In this document: positions 40,490 to 53,428 of the stretch, piece by piece | Layout: the number at the start of each line of letters is the position of its first letter | Position numbering within the stretch: the first letter of the stretch is position 1 | Origin: Alloascoidea hylecoeti | Lineage: Eukaryota | Length of the DNA stretch: 64,000 bases | Reading direction: 5' to 3' | Assembly: GCA_001600815.1 (NCBI GenBank) | Contig: BCKZ01000001.1 | Span: forward strand, 1,521,389 to 1,585,388 | Position numbers and translations under genes: made by a program | The notes under the pieces: generated by a model | What the model was told of the DNA's origin: nothing | Databases searched by the model: none | What the model saw: only the letters and a program-made list of their open reading frames with translations

Positions 40490-42473
40490 TTAATCAAAAA
40501 GATCAGTCCCAAGTTTGAAATCTTGACTTTTATCCTTTTGATGTTTATGTGTTTCATCTTCTTTAAATAAAGTACTATTACTGGTTTTCAACACGGGAGT
40601 ATTTGACCTCGGAGACTCTAACATCCACGAAAATGGAGAATTTTCTAATGACATTTGGTTTTTTGATGATATTTGTTTTTTTGGAGTCACTGTTTTGTTG
40701 GCATTTGTTTGTGATGGAGGAGATTGAGTTAAATCTCTAGAAGGGGTTAAATTTAAATTCTCTGTCTTGCTATCATCATATAAGATACTTATATTTTGGT
40801 TGTCATATTCGTTTCGTCTTTTCACATTATAATTACAATTAGGATCAACATTATCCATTGCAATCGATTCTAATTTCCCTCTTAAACCTTTAATAAAATC
40901 AGTTGTACGTGTGGTATTGATATTTGAGTTTTTAAAGGGACTAATTATTCCATTTAAATTCGCTTTTCCACCATTCAATTTATCAATTGCAACATCTTTT
41001 GCATTTTCAAGTAATTTCAATGGTGATATATCCATCGACTCTCTATAACTATTATAGTAATAGTCAAAAGGTGATGATACCTTTGAATTTGGTGATTGAA
41101 TTAAACTAGAAATCGGAGGAGTATTATAAGCATATAAAGACCGATATTTCTCAATTATATATTTACCGCCTAATGGTGATGTATGATTTAATAAATATAT
41201 ACTATTGTTAATATATGTTATTGGTTTATCTGGTTCAGTTGGATAATTTAATAATGTTTTATAAATTGTTGATTGATCCCCATCAAAGACTATAAGATAT
41301 TTCAGAAGTTAGTTATTGTGATATGTATAAGCTTAAATGAATACTTACAAGTTCCTCTCATTCTTATTAGCATAACTACACAAATCATATCTAATATTTT
41401 TGGTGATCTCTTTTCTTTGTCAATATCAAAATTTATGAAGATACCATCCCAAATTTCTATTAATTCATCAAAATTAAACTCCATTGAAAACATTAATCTT
41501 AACCAACGAATACCCCAAATTTGAGAATTTATATCTTCTTTTTGAAACCAATTCGATAAAAATGGATCAACTGTTTTTAAAAGATTATTTTGAATATAAT
41601 TTGAATGAGAAATTATTAACGATTGCTCTTGATCGTTATTAATATCATTTATTTCATAAAATTGTTTTAATGGTATCATTATATGTCTAAATAATAAAAA
41701 CGTATCATGAATTAAATAATCTTTATTATAAAATTTGATTATATTTTCATCAAATTCGATTGTATTTTCATCAATGTCGATCGTCATATTTGAGGTTGAT
41801 TTATTAAGATTAATATTGTGATTAGTTAAATCCATCATATTTTGATCTAATACCCAGTCTACAATTATAATTATAGATGTTAGTATATAAATATGATATC
41901 GCTATATTAGTTGGATAACTTACAAATTGGTGCTAAAATCTCATGCATTCCTTGTCTATAACCAGTATCTGGATTTAATTTACTCCAAATATAAAGTATT
42001 TTGAATAAATCTTTCTTAACATGGGATTCTCTGAAGAAAGGAATTGATGGATATAAACGACATATGTCGATATATATTTGGTGAGATAATTCATCCTCGT
42101 TATTGTTAACATTAAATTCGTCTTCATCTTCGAAATCACAATTGGGATTTATTTCCTGTATTAAGGCATCAAACATATTTCGAGAATCTTTTAATACCTC
42201 AATCCATTTTTCAATATTTAGTGTTTTAAAACATAAAAATATCATCCATATCAGATGTCTAGATCTAAGATTATCTGAGATTATATATTTTGAATTATTT
42301 AGATCTGATTTAAGTCTAGAAAGAGATTTCTTATCATATTCCGATTTGATATATTTCCACTGTGAACTAGAAGCAAAATATTAGATGAGGAGTGAATCTA
42401 GAAGGATATATATGAATATATATTGGGCATACTTTATTTCCAGGATTTTATCTATTTTATCTGATTTATCCAT
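40490..42473 (-). CDS. TBC-domain Rab GTPase-activating protein (Gyp6/TBC1D5-like); join(42433..42473, 41924..42366, 41349..41858, 40490..41289)
   Basis: R...W, IYIDICRLYP (IxxDxxR), GYRQGMHEILAPI (YxQG), IRWLRLMFSMEF, TLLNYP. Confidence 0.85.
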
Positions 42474-42599
42474 TTTATCGATTTTGAAGGTTTCCAACAA
42501 TAATGTAAACACCCAATTGTATAAAAAATGATGTAACTGGAAGCAGACAAAAAGAACACTCCTCTTTCTTTTATTTACTTTACTTTATTTATATTTACT

Positions 42600-44826
42600 A
42601 TGGAAACCTCTTCAAAACCACCAACAATTAAATATTCTCCGTTTAAATCAATAATAGAAGCTTCTTTTTTTCATTCATTATCTTCTAAAAAACTAGATGA
42701 TGCTAAATTATCAACTGAATCGATTCCTATATTTGCATCCTATTCAATATCTCAATCTGTTTCTATAAATACACAAACTCCTTTATCTTTAAATGGTGAT
42801 AGTTTTTTAGAAACTGAAGAATTTTTAAGTAATGTGTAAGTTTATAAATGTAAATATACTTTCATGCTTATAATTATATTATTTACTAACAAAGTTAGTG
42901 ATCTTGATCAACTGATCGCCCCCGGGGAAATTTATAATTTAAACACAATACAAGAATTTAAAAAACTTGATAAACAACAATATATAAAATCAAGAGCTAA
43001 AAAGGTGTGTATAACATGTTAATATCAATATTAATTATAAATCACTTGCTAGCCCTAACAACTTATCATTATAGATCCTAAACTCAATTAAAGATGGTAC
43101 AGTTTTCGATGATCCATCGTTATTATCGTTCTTTTCGATTATTTCATTTGCTGATTTAAAAAAATATAAATATACCTACTGGGTTATGTTTCCTGTAATC
43201 CATTCAAATTGGATTTTAAATGCTAATGATAAAGAATCAATTAAAAAAGTGGAATCAAAAGAATTGATTAAAGTAATTAGAAATTGGATAACTGATGAAA
43301 ATATACCACTAAAACAAAAAGGATTCTTCTTTTTAAAAAATAATAATGAAGAAGTAAGTGAAGAAAATTGGCAAATATTTAAATTATCGAATTATAAATC
43401 ATTCTTGAATAAACAAGGTAATAACGATACTATAAACGTTGGATTTCTTGATCCAAGCAATATGCAAGATTCACCTGGTTGGCCTTTACGAAATTTCTTA
43501 CTTCTTTTGTTATATTTAGGGTTTAAAAAAATTAATGTTATATGTTTTCGTGATTTTTCAACTAATTTATCTCATCAACTTCCCAAAAGTATTATTATAC
43601 CTCTTTCTAATAATAACACAAATAAAAACCTTAATTTTGATGATTATAAAGTGACAGGTTGGGAGAGAACAAGTAATAATAAATTATCACCAAAACAAAC
43701 TGATTTAACCTCGTTAATGGATCCTAAAAATTTAGCAGATCAAGCGGTTGATTTAAATTTAAAACTTATGAAATGGAGAGTAGCTCCAAAATTAGATCTT
43801 TTAAAAATTAAACAGTTAAAATGTTTATTATTAGGTGCTGGTACATTAGGATCATATGTATCAAGAGTTTTGTTAGGATGGGGTGTTCAGAAGATTACGT
43901 TTGTAGACAGTGGGAATGTCTCTTTTTCAAACCCAGTCAGACAATCATTATATACTTTCGATGATTGTTTAAATGGGGGAAAATTAAAAGCTGAAAGAGC
44001 TTCTGAAGTGTTGAAAGAAATATATCCATCAATCGACTCAAACGGTTATAAACTTGAAATTCCAATGGCTGGTCATCCAGTCACTAACGAATCAAGACAA
44101 CATGAAGAGTATGATAAATTAGATCAACTAATCTCAGAACATGATGTTATTTTCCTTTTACTAGATAGTAGAGAAGCGAGATGGCTGCCTACATTAATGG
44201 CTATGGCAAAGGGTAAAATTGCAATTAATGCTGCTTTAGGATTTGATAGTTTTGTTGTCATGAGGCATGATATTCTATCAGATGAAGGAATCGCAACACT
44301 TGATGAAGGCAATAATACAAGTACAATTACAAACGAAAAAGACGAGCCAAGAAGACTTGGATGCTACTTTTGTAATGATGTTGTTGCTCCAACAGATAGT
44401 ATCAGCAATCAAACATTAGATCAAATGTGTACAGTGACAAGACCAGGAGTTGCTTTATTGGCATCATCATTGGCCGTTGAACTATTAGTTTCATTAATTC
44501 AACACCCTGATTTTCCAAACGTTTCTGCTACTGATACCGACTCTGATTCTACAAATGTTTTAGGATCAGTGCCACATCAATTGCGAGGATTTCTTCATAA
44601 TTATCAACTAATGACTATAAAAGGACAAAATTATTCATGTTGTTCAGCATGCTCAACACCTGTTTTAAAAGAATGGAAAAAACATGGGTGGGAGTTCGTT
44701 AAAAGAGCTTTAAACGATAAAGAATACATAGAAGACTTGAGCGGTTTGACGGAATTAAAAAATCAAGTTAATGATTTAAACCTTGATATTGATATTGATG
44801 ATGATGACGACGGAGTATTGATTTAA
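42600..44826 (+). CDS. ATG7: E1-like autophagy enzyme Atg7; join(42600..42835, 42899..43004, 43075..44826)
   Basis: PGWPLRN, AVDLNLKLMKWRVAP, LLLGAGTLG, VSFSNPVRQSL, LGCYFCNDVVAP, LDQMCTVTRPG. Confidence 0.97.
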
Positions 44827-44967
44827 TTTTAAAATTTTAGATAGTTTAATATTTATGACAGTAATTTACATACTGGGTAAATTTCATCACAGTGTCATCC
44901 AAGTATGTATTCAACATGTGTAGTGAACATGTAATGGGAATAATAATAACTATAGAAATAACCAGAA

Positions 44968-46429
44968 ATGCCCAAGCATACAGAAGGTCCTGATTCAAAG
45001 AGAGGCCTATCAGAAGAAGATGATGATGAAAAGCCTCTGGTTAAAAGGGTAAAGATCGAAGATGAGAGGAAGAATTTAGCTCAAGATGAAGTAAACTCCA
45101 AAAAGGATATCAAAAATAAAAACATAACAAATGTCAAGGTTGAAGATAATAGTGGAGATGATGACGATGATGATGACGACGATGACGACGAAGAAGAAGA
45201 TGATGAGGGTGATGAAGAAGAAGATAAAGATGAAGAAGAAGAGGATGACAAAGTGAAGAAACACGCACAAATATTCACATTTGATGGAGTTGACTATTCA
45301 TATAAAGAAAGAGCTGCTATAATTGAAGAAAATGAAGGTAAAATTGAATTTCGAGTTGTTAATAATGATAATACAAAGGAAAGTATAATGATTTTAACGG
45401 GTTTAAAAAATATATTTCAAAAACAATTACCGAAAATGCCAAGGGAATATATTGCAAGATTGGTTTATGATAAAAGTCATATATCAATTGCAATTGTTAG
45501 AAAACCATTAACAGTTGTTGGTGGTATTACTTTCAGACCTTTTGAATCAAGGAAGTTTGCTGAAATTGTCTTTTGTGCAATATCTTCAACTGAACAAATT
45601 AGAGGTTATGGTGCTCATTTAATGAATCATTTAAAAGATTACGTTAAAGCAACCTCTCAAATAATGTATTTTTTAACATATGCTGATAATTACGCAATTG
45701 GTTACTTTAAAAAGCAAGGTTTTACAAAAGAAATCACTTTAGATCGATCGATATGGATGGGTTATATTAAAGATTATGAAGGTGGTACGATAATGCAATG
45801 TAGTATGATACCAAGAATACGTTATTTAGATGGATCAAAGATTTTACTACTACAAAAAGCAGCGATTATGAGAAAAATAAGAGGAAGATCAAAATCTTAT
45901 ATAAGGCGAAAGGGAATAGAAGCATTTAAAAATGGGGTCACAAAGATTGACCCAATGGATATTCCTGGATTAAAAGAATCAGGTTGGACTCCAGAAATGG
46001 ATGAATTAGCAAGAAGACCAAAAAGAGGGCCACACTTTGCATTTATGCAACATTTATTAAATGAACTTCAAAATCATAAATCTTCTTGGCCATTCTCTCA
46101 ACCTGTTAATAAAGATGAAGTTGGTGATTATTATGAAGTAATCAAAGAACCAATGGATCTATCAACAATGGAACAAAGACTTGAAGCCGATTCATATCAA
46201 AATTTAGAAGATTTTATTTATGATGCAAATTTAATCTACACTAATTGTCGATCTTATAATGGTGAACATACAACTTATTATAAGGTAAGTTTTTTTTATT
46301 TATCATAAAATTTTGAATCTAAATATGCCGCTAACATACGTCTTTTAAATTTAGAATGCAAATAAATTACAGAAGTTTATGAATCAAAGACTAAGAGAAG
46401 TACCTGAGTACTCACATTTAGCAGAGTAA
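44968..46429 (+). CDS. GCN5: Histone acetyltransferase Gcn5 (GNAT + bromodomain); join(44968..46284, 46355..46429)
   Basis: [45 protein letters not shown], bromodomain [17 protein letters not shown]. Confidence 0.97.
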
Positions 46430-46539
46430 TAATAACATTTAAATTTTAAATGTAACCAAACCCACTATTGTATCACATAAATATTAAAGTTATGATATTA
46501 ACAATTTATTTATTATTTAAATATATCTAATGAGAAATC

Positions 46540-47410
46540 TTAAATCTGTTCAGCTGGTTCTTCAGCTTCTAATTTTTCAACAATTGCGTTCATTCTTGAA
46601 TCATCATATATTTTAAATCCTTCTTTCGTAACACTTGCGATTTGAGCATTATTTGCATCTAATTTTTCTTCCATAACTTGCTTTAAAATCTTTAAAACTA
46701 ATAATTCAGCTTCCTCTAATGTTAATGAAGCATGATATTCATTTTGGAGTTCTGCTTGTGCTCCTTCACTACCACTTCCAATTGCCTTTGCATCGTATCT
46801 ATGATATGTTCCTGATGGTTCAGCATGATATCTAATAAAAATGAAAAGGAGTTAGTTGAAGATATAAAGAATCGAAACAAATACCAGTACATACAATTGT
46901 GGACCATTTTCATCAACACCTGCGATTAGTAAAGCAACGCCAAAAGGTCGGGACATGATTCTCTTTTCGCCATTAGCACCTTCACCAAATCTTAAAGCCA
47001 AATCACAAACAGCCTGAGAAATAGATTCAACACCAATTGGTTCATCATAATAAAGTTGATGGTTCAAGGATTCAACACGGGCATGATCGATCATTGTCCT
47101 TGCATCAGCCGTTAATCCACTCATGGCACAACCAATATGTTTATCTATTTCTACTACTTTTTCAATCGATGAAGCTTCTAACAAAGAAGAAGTAACTCTT
47201 TTTTCAACACCTAAAACAACACCCTGTGAAGTGCAAACACCAATTGCCGTCGAACCAAGCTGAAAATGGGTATTAATATGTGTAAATATATATAATTTGA
47301 AATGTCAAGCTTACCTTAATTGCCTCTAAAGAATACTCGACCTGAAACAGCCTACCTTCTGGGGAAAAAGTGCTCACACCTCGATCGTATTCACTTCTTG
47401 TTAAAAACAT
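46540..47410 (-). CDS. PUP2: 20S proteasome subunit alpha 5; join(47315..47410, 46895..47259, 46540..46831)
   Basis: [39 protein letters not shown]..; [13 protein letters not shown]. Confidence 0.96.
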
Positions 47411-47616
47411 AATTGAGCCAAATTGAGAATCTTTCGATGTAAAAACTGAAGAATTGCTGGGAAGTGAGAGTCGATAGTTAATATTTAGTGGCGATATTGA
47501 AAGTTGGAGGTTTGGGATGTGCTGGTATTTACTCTGTGTGATGGATCAATAGGGTAAATACAGGTATTCAATATGTAAACAAAACATCAAATGTCTTATC
47601 ACATTACGCAAATAAA

Positions 47617-50130
47617 ATGACTGAATATGATCCGGAGCCTTATGCTGATGAAGTGAAACTTCTTGAAGACTGGACTTCTCCTGTTGGACGGATCTCTTCT
47701 TACCAACCTTTATCAACACAAATCACTGCCAGAACAAAAGCGTATCCACTTTCAAGCATCACAAATCTACGACACCAAGAAGCTTTAATATTAGATGATT
47801 TATTATATGTATTAGTGGTAAGCATAAAATTCATTTATTAATGGTTAGTATTTCAATCTAACTATTTCACATGAGGATAATTTATAGGGATTAGAAGGTC
47901 AATATATACGTTATAGTGAAAAATATAACATTAATGAAGAAATGATTAGATTAAAGGGTCCTGATTATAGAATTGCAAAACATTTAAATCCAAGTTTAAA
48001 AGATTTAACAAAAGGAATTGTTAAAATTGGGAAAATGTATGCGGCTGTTGAAGCCTTTTCTGAAACATATACAAATCCAAATTATGGACAGGTTAATCAA
48101 GCTCTTTGTGCCAATTTTCGATATTTATTAAAGGTATTTATCAAAATTATTCATTTTATTATTTATATAACGTATTAACAGGTTGTTAGGAACATTTATC
48201 TCTTATTGTTAAAGTGCAAGCCGAAATCCAAGCTAAACCATCATATTCATTACGAGAATTAAATCAACAATTATCAATTGTATCTAAAAAATTAGAACAC
48301 TCTTTTGAAATTTGTCAACATATTATTCAAATGACAAAAGAACGATTAACAACAACAATTAATCCATATGATGATTTATTGGCAAATATTAAGAAAGATT
48401 TAAAAGAAGTTGGATCAATTGATCTTGCAGCAGATGTAGGATCAAGTACCATTTGTAAAGGGGGTTTAGTATTGCAAATTATTCAAGAACGTTTAGATGA
48501 TTTTGAAGGTGATCCATCATCAAAGAGTTTTTTAACTGAATTATTAAGGCAGGCATCCTCTCCTTATATTTCAATGCTTAACAATTGGTTACAATATGGT
48601 ATAATTTTAGATCCATATAAAGAATTTATGATTAATGAACATTCTGGTATTGCAATTAATAAATTATATAATACTTTTGCTGATAGGTATTGGGAACAAA
48701 GATATACAATTAGAAAAGATGGTTTACCTTTTCAATTTCTTAATAGAACAATACAAAATAAAATCTTATTAACTGGTAAATATTTAAATGTTGCTCGTGA
48801 ATGTGGTATGTTAGATTCACAAAAAAATACAAGACGTTTTAAAGAAGTTCAATCAATTGAAGATCGAAACTTATTATTATCAATTGATGATGCATTTCAT
48901 AGAGCGAATGATTTATTATTATCATTATTATTAAAAGGTTATCGTTTATCAACATTTTTAGATTTTTTCAATAGATTCTATTTATTACGTGAAAGTAATT
49001 CATTTTTAACAATTTTAGATAATGGATTTAATGATTTTAATAAACCTATTAAAAAATCATCAATTTCTAAATTTCAAAGATTATTAAATCAACATATTCC
49101 ATTATCCAATTATGATAATTATGTTATAGAAACAATTAACGAATCATTAAAAGTTAATCTTGAAAGAGAAAATATTCATGATTTTTTAATTGAAATTATA
49201 AAAGTTGAATCAATGGATGCAAATATTGCTTTAATGGCTGATAGTGCATCACAAGTGAAAAATTTATTAACAAATACTTTGAAAAAAAAATCAAATAATG
49301 GAGATGTAAATGATGAAGATGGTAATCATAATAAAAAAGAATCAGAAAATAATAATAATAATAAACATGATATTGCAATTATGAAATTAACATGTGATTT
49401 ATCATTACCATTTCCTTTATGTCTGATTATATCTAGGACATATTTATTACAATATCAATTAATTTTTAGGCATTTTATTTATCTTAGATTTGTTGAAAAA
49501 TGTTTAGAAAATGCATGGTCAGAAATGATAAAATCTAGCGTTTGGAGACATCGGTCAAGAAATAAAAGAATTAGAGCATGGAAATCTGAGGCTAGTGCAT
49601 TAAGATATAAAATGAGATTATTTATTGATTATTTATTATCATATTGTAATTATGATGTTACGGAACCAAGTTGGCAAGAACTTCAAAGTCAAATATCAAA
49701 TGAAACATTAGTTGAAGATTTAATTTTACATTTACAATGTTATCTTGAAAATATTTTAAAAGGTTGCATGTTAACAACAGAAAAGATTATTAAAATTTTA
49801 TCAAAAATATTTGTCACAATTAGAATATATTCATCATTTTTGCTATCAGTTAAAAAAACATTAATACTTGTTGATTATGATCTATATGAAGCATACTCGG
49901 GAAAAATATCAGAAGATGGTGAATATGATGAAGATGTAGCGGAAAAAAGAATAAGTAAAATTGAACATATTCTAGGAGAATATAATATCAGCTTTGATCA
50001 TCATATAGGAGCGTTTATTGCATCGTTGGATTATTATGCTACGGAATCAGCCATATTCACTGTTCTCTCGGAAAGGCTTGATGGAGCATTGGCAAGAGTT
50101 ACACAGCATGAGGAGGAGGTTTTTGGGTAA
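47617..50130 (+). CDS. SPC97: Gamma-tubulin complex component GCP2/Spc97; join(47617..47817, 47888..48133, 48190..50130)
   Basis: QEALILDDLLYVLV|GLEGQYI, PY..ML..WL..G.I.DPY.EF, YWEQRY, KILLTGKYLNVARECG. Confidence 0.88.
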
Positions 50131-50210
50131 ATATATCAAGTACGGTTTATAATTTGTATAAATTTAAATTTAACTTAAATCCGAGCTCGAGGCACTTTTT
50201 GTATTTTGAT

Positions 50211-50245
50211 TTCGGGTTCGGGTTCGGGTTCGGCTGTTCGGCTGT
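50211..50245. repeat. GC-rich short tandem TTCGGG/TTCGGCTG repeats in the promoter of the psq-HTH gene
   Basis: ttcgggttcgggttcgggttcggctgttcggctg seen directly. Confidence 0.8.
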
Positions 50246-50476
50246 TTGGAACGCGCACGTGCGCCCGGGAAGGCTCGGACTTTCGGAAGAGGCGCATAAC
50301 CATATAGGGAGCGCCGGGTAACGCAGCCGGAAGTGGGTGAAAACGGGACGTTCTCCGGCAAAAACATCAATTTTGGAATTTTGGGGATTTCCGACTCAAA
50401 CAACCAATTTGTTCGACGCCGCCTGTTCGACTCTTTCTTTTTCAAAGATATACAACCAACCATCGAAAAACTCATC

Positions 50477-53428
50477 ATGAGCCCTGAAAGTATCCCTTTG
50501 GACTCAAACGTTAATGAACACATCCCTTTTCCAGCAACGCCTCCAAATCTCGACGTTCCTTCACCAAAGGAAAACTACAAAAATGCTACAAAGGAGAAGA
50601 GAAAGGAATTGATGGAAAAAGCCAAAGACGCAATCTGTGCTGGTATGAATTATGCTGAAGCCTTTGCCAAATTCGGTGTACCAAAATCAACTCTTCATGA
50701 CCATATGAAAGCAACAGACTCCTTACCTGCTTCAAAGAGAAGAAATACCCTGGGCCAGGTGGTTATGAGGGTGGACTCTTCTCCTTCCATTGGCATAACC
50801 CCTAATGGAAATCCTTCTATCCCACCCCCGTTTACGGTGGCTTCTTCTTCCATAAAACCACCTCGCCACACTCAAGAAGAAATTGAACAGACTAAATTAA
50901 ATTACAAACAATCTCCAAGAGAAACCCGTAAAGAATTGTTGAAAAAAGCAAGAGCTGCTGTACTTAGTGGTATGAAGTACTCGGAAGCATCTGCTCAATT
51001 TGGTGTTCCAATCTCAACACTTCATGATAATTTAAAAAGTGATCATTCACTTCAAGAAGTGAGAGAAACAAGGAAGATAATAGCTGCTCTTAATCGATCC
51101 AATTCACATTCAAAATTAGGATCAACTCCAACTCCAACTTTTGATTCAACTGCAAATGTATCCGAAAAACAAGGATCAACTTCAACTCATTCTGAAAGTC
51201 AAAGTTCAACTCCAAATCAAATTTCAATCCCAAGTTCAATTTCAAATTTAAAATCAATTCCAAGTTCAATTTCAAATTTAAACTCAATTCCAAGTTCAAT
51301 TACAAATTCAACTGAAAGTCAAGGTCAGAGTCAAAATCAGAATCAAAATCAAAATCAAAATCAAAATCAAAATCAAAATCAAAATCAAAATCAAAATAAA
51401 AATCAAAATCAAAATCAAAATAAAAATCAAACTCCTATCCAAACTCCTGCCCAATCTTCAAGTTCAAAAAAGAATCAAATCAATGCAGAAGAAGAAGCAG
51501 CAGCAAGAAGTATCTACAAAAATGCATCAAAAGTAGATAGAAAAGCAATTTTAGATAAAGCAATTGCCTCAGTTTCTACGGGTGTACATTGCACAGAAGC
51601 TTCAAAAATCTTTGGTGTACCATTTTCAACATTATATGATAGAATTAAAGTGGAATTACCAAATCATGTTAAAAGAAGTACAATAGGTCATGACCTTGAA
51701 CAAGAAGCTCAAGCAATTGAAAAATATAAATCACTCACAAGAACTGAAAGACAAAGTATTGTTGAAAAAGCAAAAGAAGAAGTTTTAAATGGTATACTTT
51801 TATCTGAAGCTGCAGCAAAATATGGTGTACCAAAATCAACATTACATGATAAACTACGTGGTTCAGATGCAACTAAAGTTATTAAGAAACAAAGATTATC
51901 ACTAGCTGGTAATTCAAATGATACTGATATTGAAACCTCACCTCTTTATAATTCTGACGGTACACCTATTCCTGGAACTTCTAATAATGAAGTTATTAAG
52001 TTTTCAAAAGATTCAAATGAAGTTGATCCTGAAATTGAAAAAGCGGCCAGACAAAGATACACCTGTGCTAGACGTTCAGAAAGAAATGCGATGATTGATA
52101 GAGCTAAAGAAGCTGTTCTAAGTGGTATGAATACAGGCAAAGCTTCAAAACTTTTTGGTATTCCTTTTTCTACTTTATATGATAGAGTTCGCGCAGAGAA
52201 AAAAGCTCAAAGAGAATTATTAATTTTGAATGAAAATGGCACTGAATCTTCTTCTTCTTCCCCAATGAATTTAGATCATTCAATGTTGGAGAAAGCAGAA
52301 ATGGCGATTGATAGTGGTGTTTCGATAGCTGATGCTGCGCTTACTTTTGGAGTTTCAAAAGAAACCCTTACTGATCGTGTAAGAGTTACGAAAGCACTAT
52401 ATCATGCGGAACAAGACCGTAAAGTGCTTACTTTACTAGAAGAAGATGCATTAGTTAATGTTATTCATAGTGTTTGTTCAGAAACTGATCAACATGTTAC
52501 ACCTTCAAGAGTAATTTATTATGCAAAATATGTTTTGGAAGAAAAAAGAAGAAAATCTCCTAATAAATTCACTTATACTGATAATGATATTAATCAAAAT
52601 TGGGCTGAAAGATTTATTGAAAGACATCGATATGAGTTTGGACCAGATTTAAAAGATGATTCTACATTGTATCATTCACAATCAAATATACTTTCAATTT
52701 CAAATAATAACAATCCTAATATGTTATCAGATAATTTATTAAAGTTAAAAGACCTTGATAGTAATACAAATCAAATTGATTTACAGGAAAATATTCGAAT
52801 TTTAAGAAATGAATTGCCAAATGATGATAAAGGAATTAAAAACAAATTAATCAATTATGTCAAACAATTAGGTGATTTATTAGTTAAAGCATCTAATAAT
52901 AAAAACAATGATACACCAGGTGTACTATTACTTGAACAATCTCCTCATAGTCTTAACAATAAGAATAATTCATCGGTAGGTATTGATAATAATAAGAATA
53001 GAATGACTCGAAATACCCAACAACAACGTTCAAATCCATCAAGATCATACCAAGCAAATACTCAACAATCCGAATCATTAAATACAGATCCAACAATTTC
53101 AAGAATTAATGATCAACATCAGCAGTTTTTCACTTCTGCCCCTTTACCGATTTCAAATAACAATAGAAATCAAAATCAAAATCAACAAAACCAAAACCAA
53201 AATCAACAAAACCAAAACCAAAACCAAAACCAAAACCAAAACCAAAACCAAAATCAAAATCAAAATCAAAATCAAAATCAAAACCCAAATCAAAATCAAA
53301 ATCAATCACAACGATTAGCAAACAATCAACAACAACAAGCTCGTGTTCGATTTCAACATTATAATCCTCCTTCTCAAGATCAGAATGCTTTATATTTGGG
53401 ACATTATCCATCTCAGTCTTCTTACTAA
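50477..53428 (+). CDS. Pogo/Fot1-derived DNA-binding protein: six psq-type HTH repeats, one CENP-B/Tc5-type HTH, Q/N tracts, no DDE domain
   Basis: Six A...V..G.....AA..(F/Y)G(V/I)P.STL.D repeats, then LTLLEEDALV..INQNWAERFIERH. Likely ATG at 50477 (the track's GTG at 50333 lies in promoter-like sequence). Confidence 0.85.
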   Translation: MSPESIPLDSNVNEHIPFPATPPNLDVPSPKENYKNATKEKRKELMEKAKDAICAGMNYAEAFAKFGVPKSTLHDHMKATDSLPASKRRNTLGQVVMRVDSSPSIGITPNGNPSIPPPFTVASSSIKPPRHTQEEIEQTKLNYKQSPRETRKELLKKARAAVLSGMKYSEASAQFGVPISTLHDNLKSDHSLQEVRETRKIIAALNRSNSHSKLGSTPTPTFDSTANVSEKQGSTSTHSESQSSTPNQISIPSSISNLKSIPSSISNLNSIPSSITNSTESQGQSQNQNQNQNQNQNQNQNQNQNQNKNQNQNQNKNQTPIQTPAQSSSSKKNQINAEEEAAARSIYKNASKVDRKAILDKAIASVSTGVHCTEASKIFGVPFSTLYDRIKVELPNHVKRSTIGHDLEQEAQAIEKYKSLTRTERQSIVEKAKEEVLNGILLSEAAAKYGVPKSTLHDKLRGSDATKVIKKQRLSLAGNSNDTDIETSPLYNSDGTPIPGTSNNEVIKFSKDSNEVDPEIEKAARQRYTCARRSERNAMIDRAKEAVLSGMNTGKASKLFGIPFSTLYDRVRAEKKAQRELLILNENGTESSSSSPMNLDHSMLEKAEMAIDSGVSIADAALTFGVSKETLTDRVRVTKALYHAEQDRKVLTLLEEDALVNVIHSVCSETDQHVTPSRVIYYAKYVLEEKRRKSPNKFTYTDNDINQNWAERFIERHRYEFGPDLKDDSTLYHSQSNILSISNNNNPNMLSDNLLKLKDLDSNTNQIDLQENIRILRNELPNDDKGIKNKLINYVKQLGDLLVKASNNKNNDTPGVLLLEQSPHSLNNKNNSSVGIDNNKNRMTRNTQQQRSNPSRSYQANTQQSESLNTDPTISRINDQHQQFFTSAPLPISNNNRNQNQNQQNQNQNQQNQNQNQNQNQNQNQNQNQNQNQNQNPNQNQNQSQRLANNQQQQARVRFQHYNPPSQDQNALYLGHYPSQSSY
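51329..51430 (+). repeat. (AATCAA)n coding repeat, poly-QN; a second tract lies at ~53167-53306
   Basis: Direct hexamer repeats encoding QNQNQN. Confidence 0.95.
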
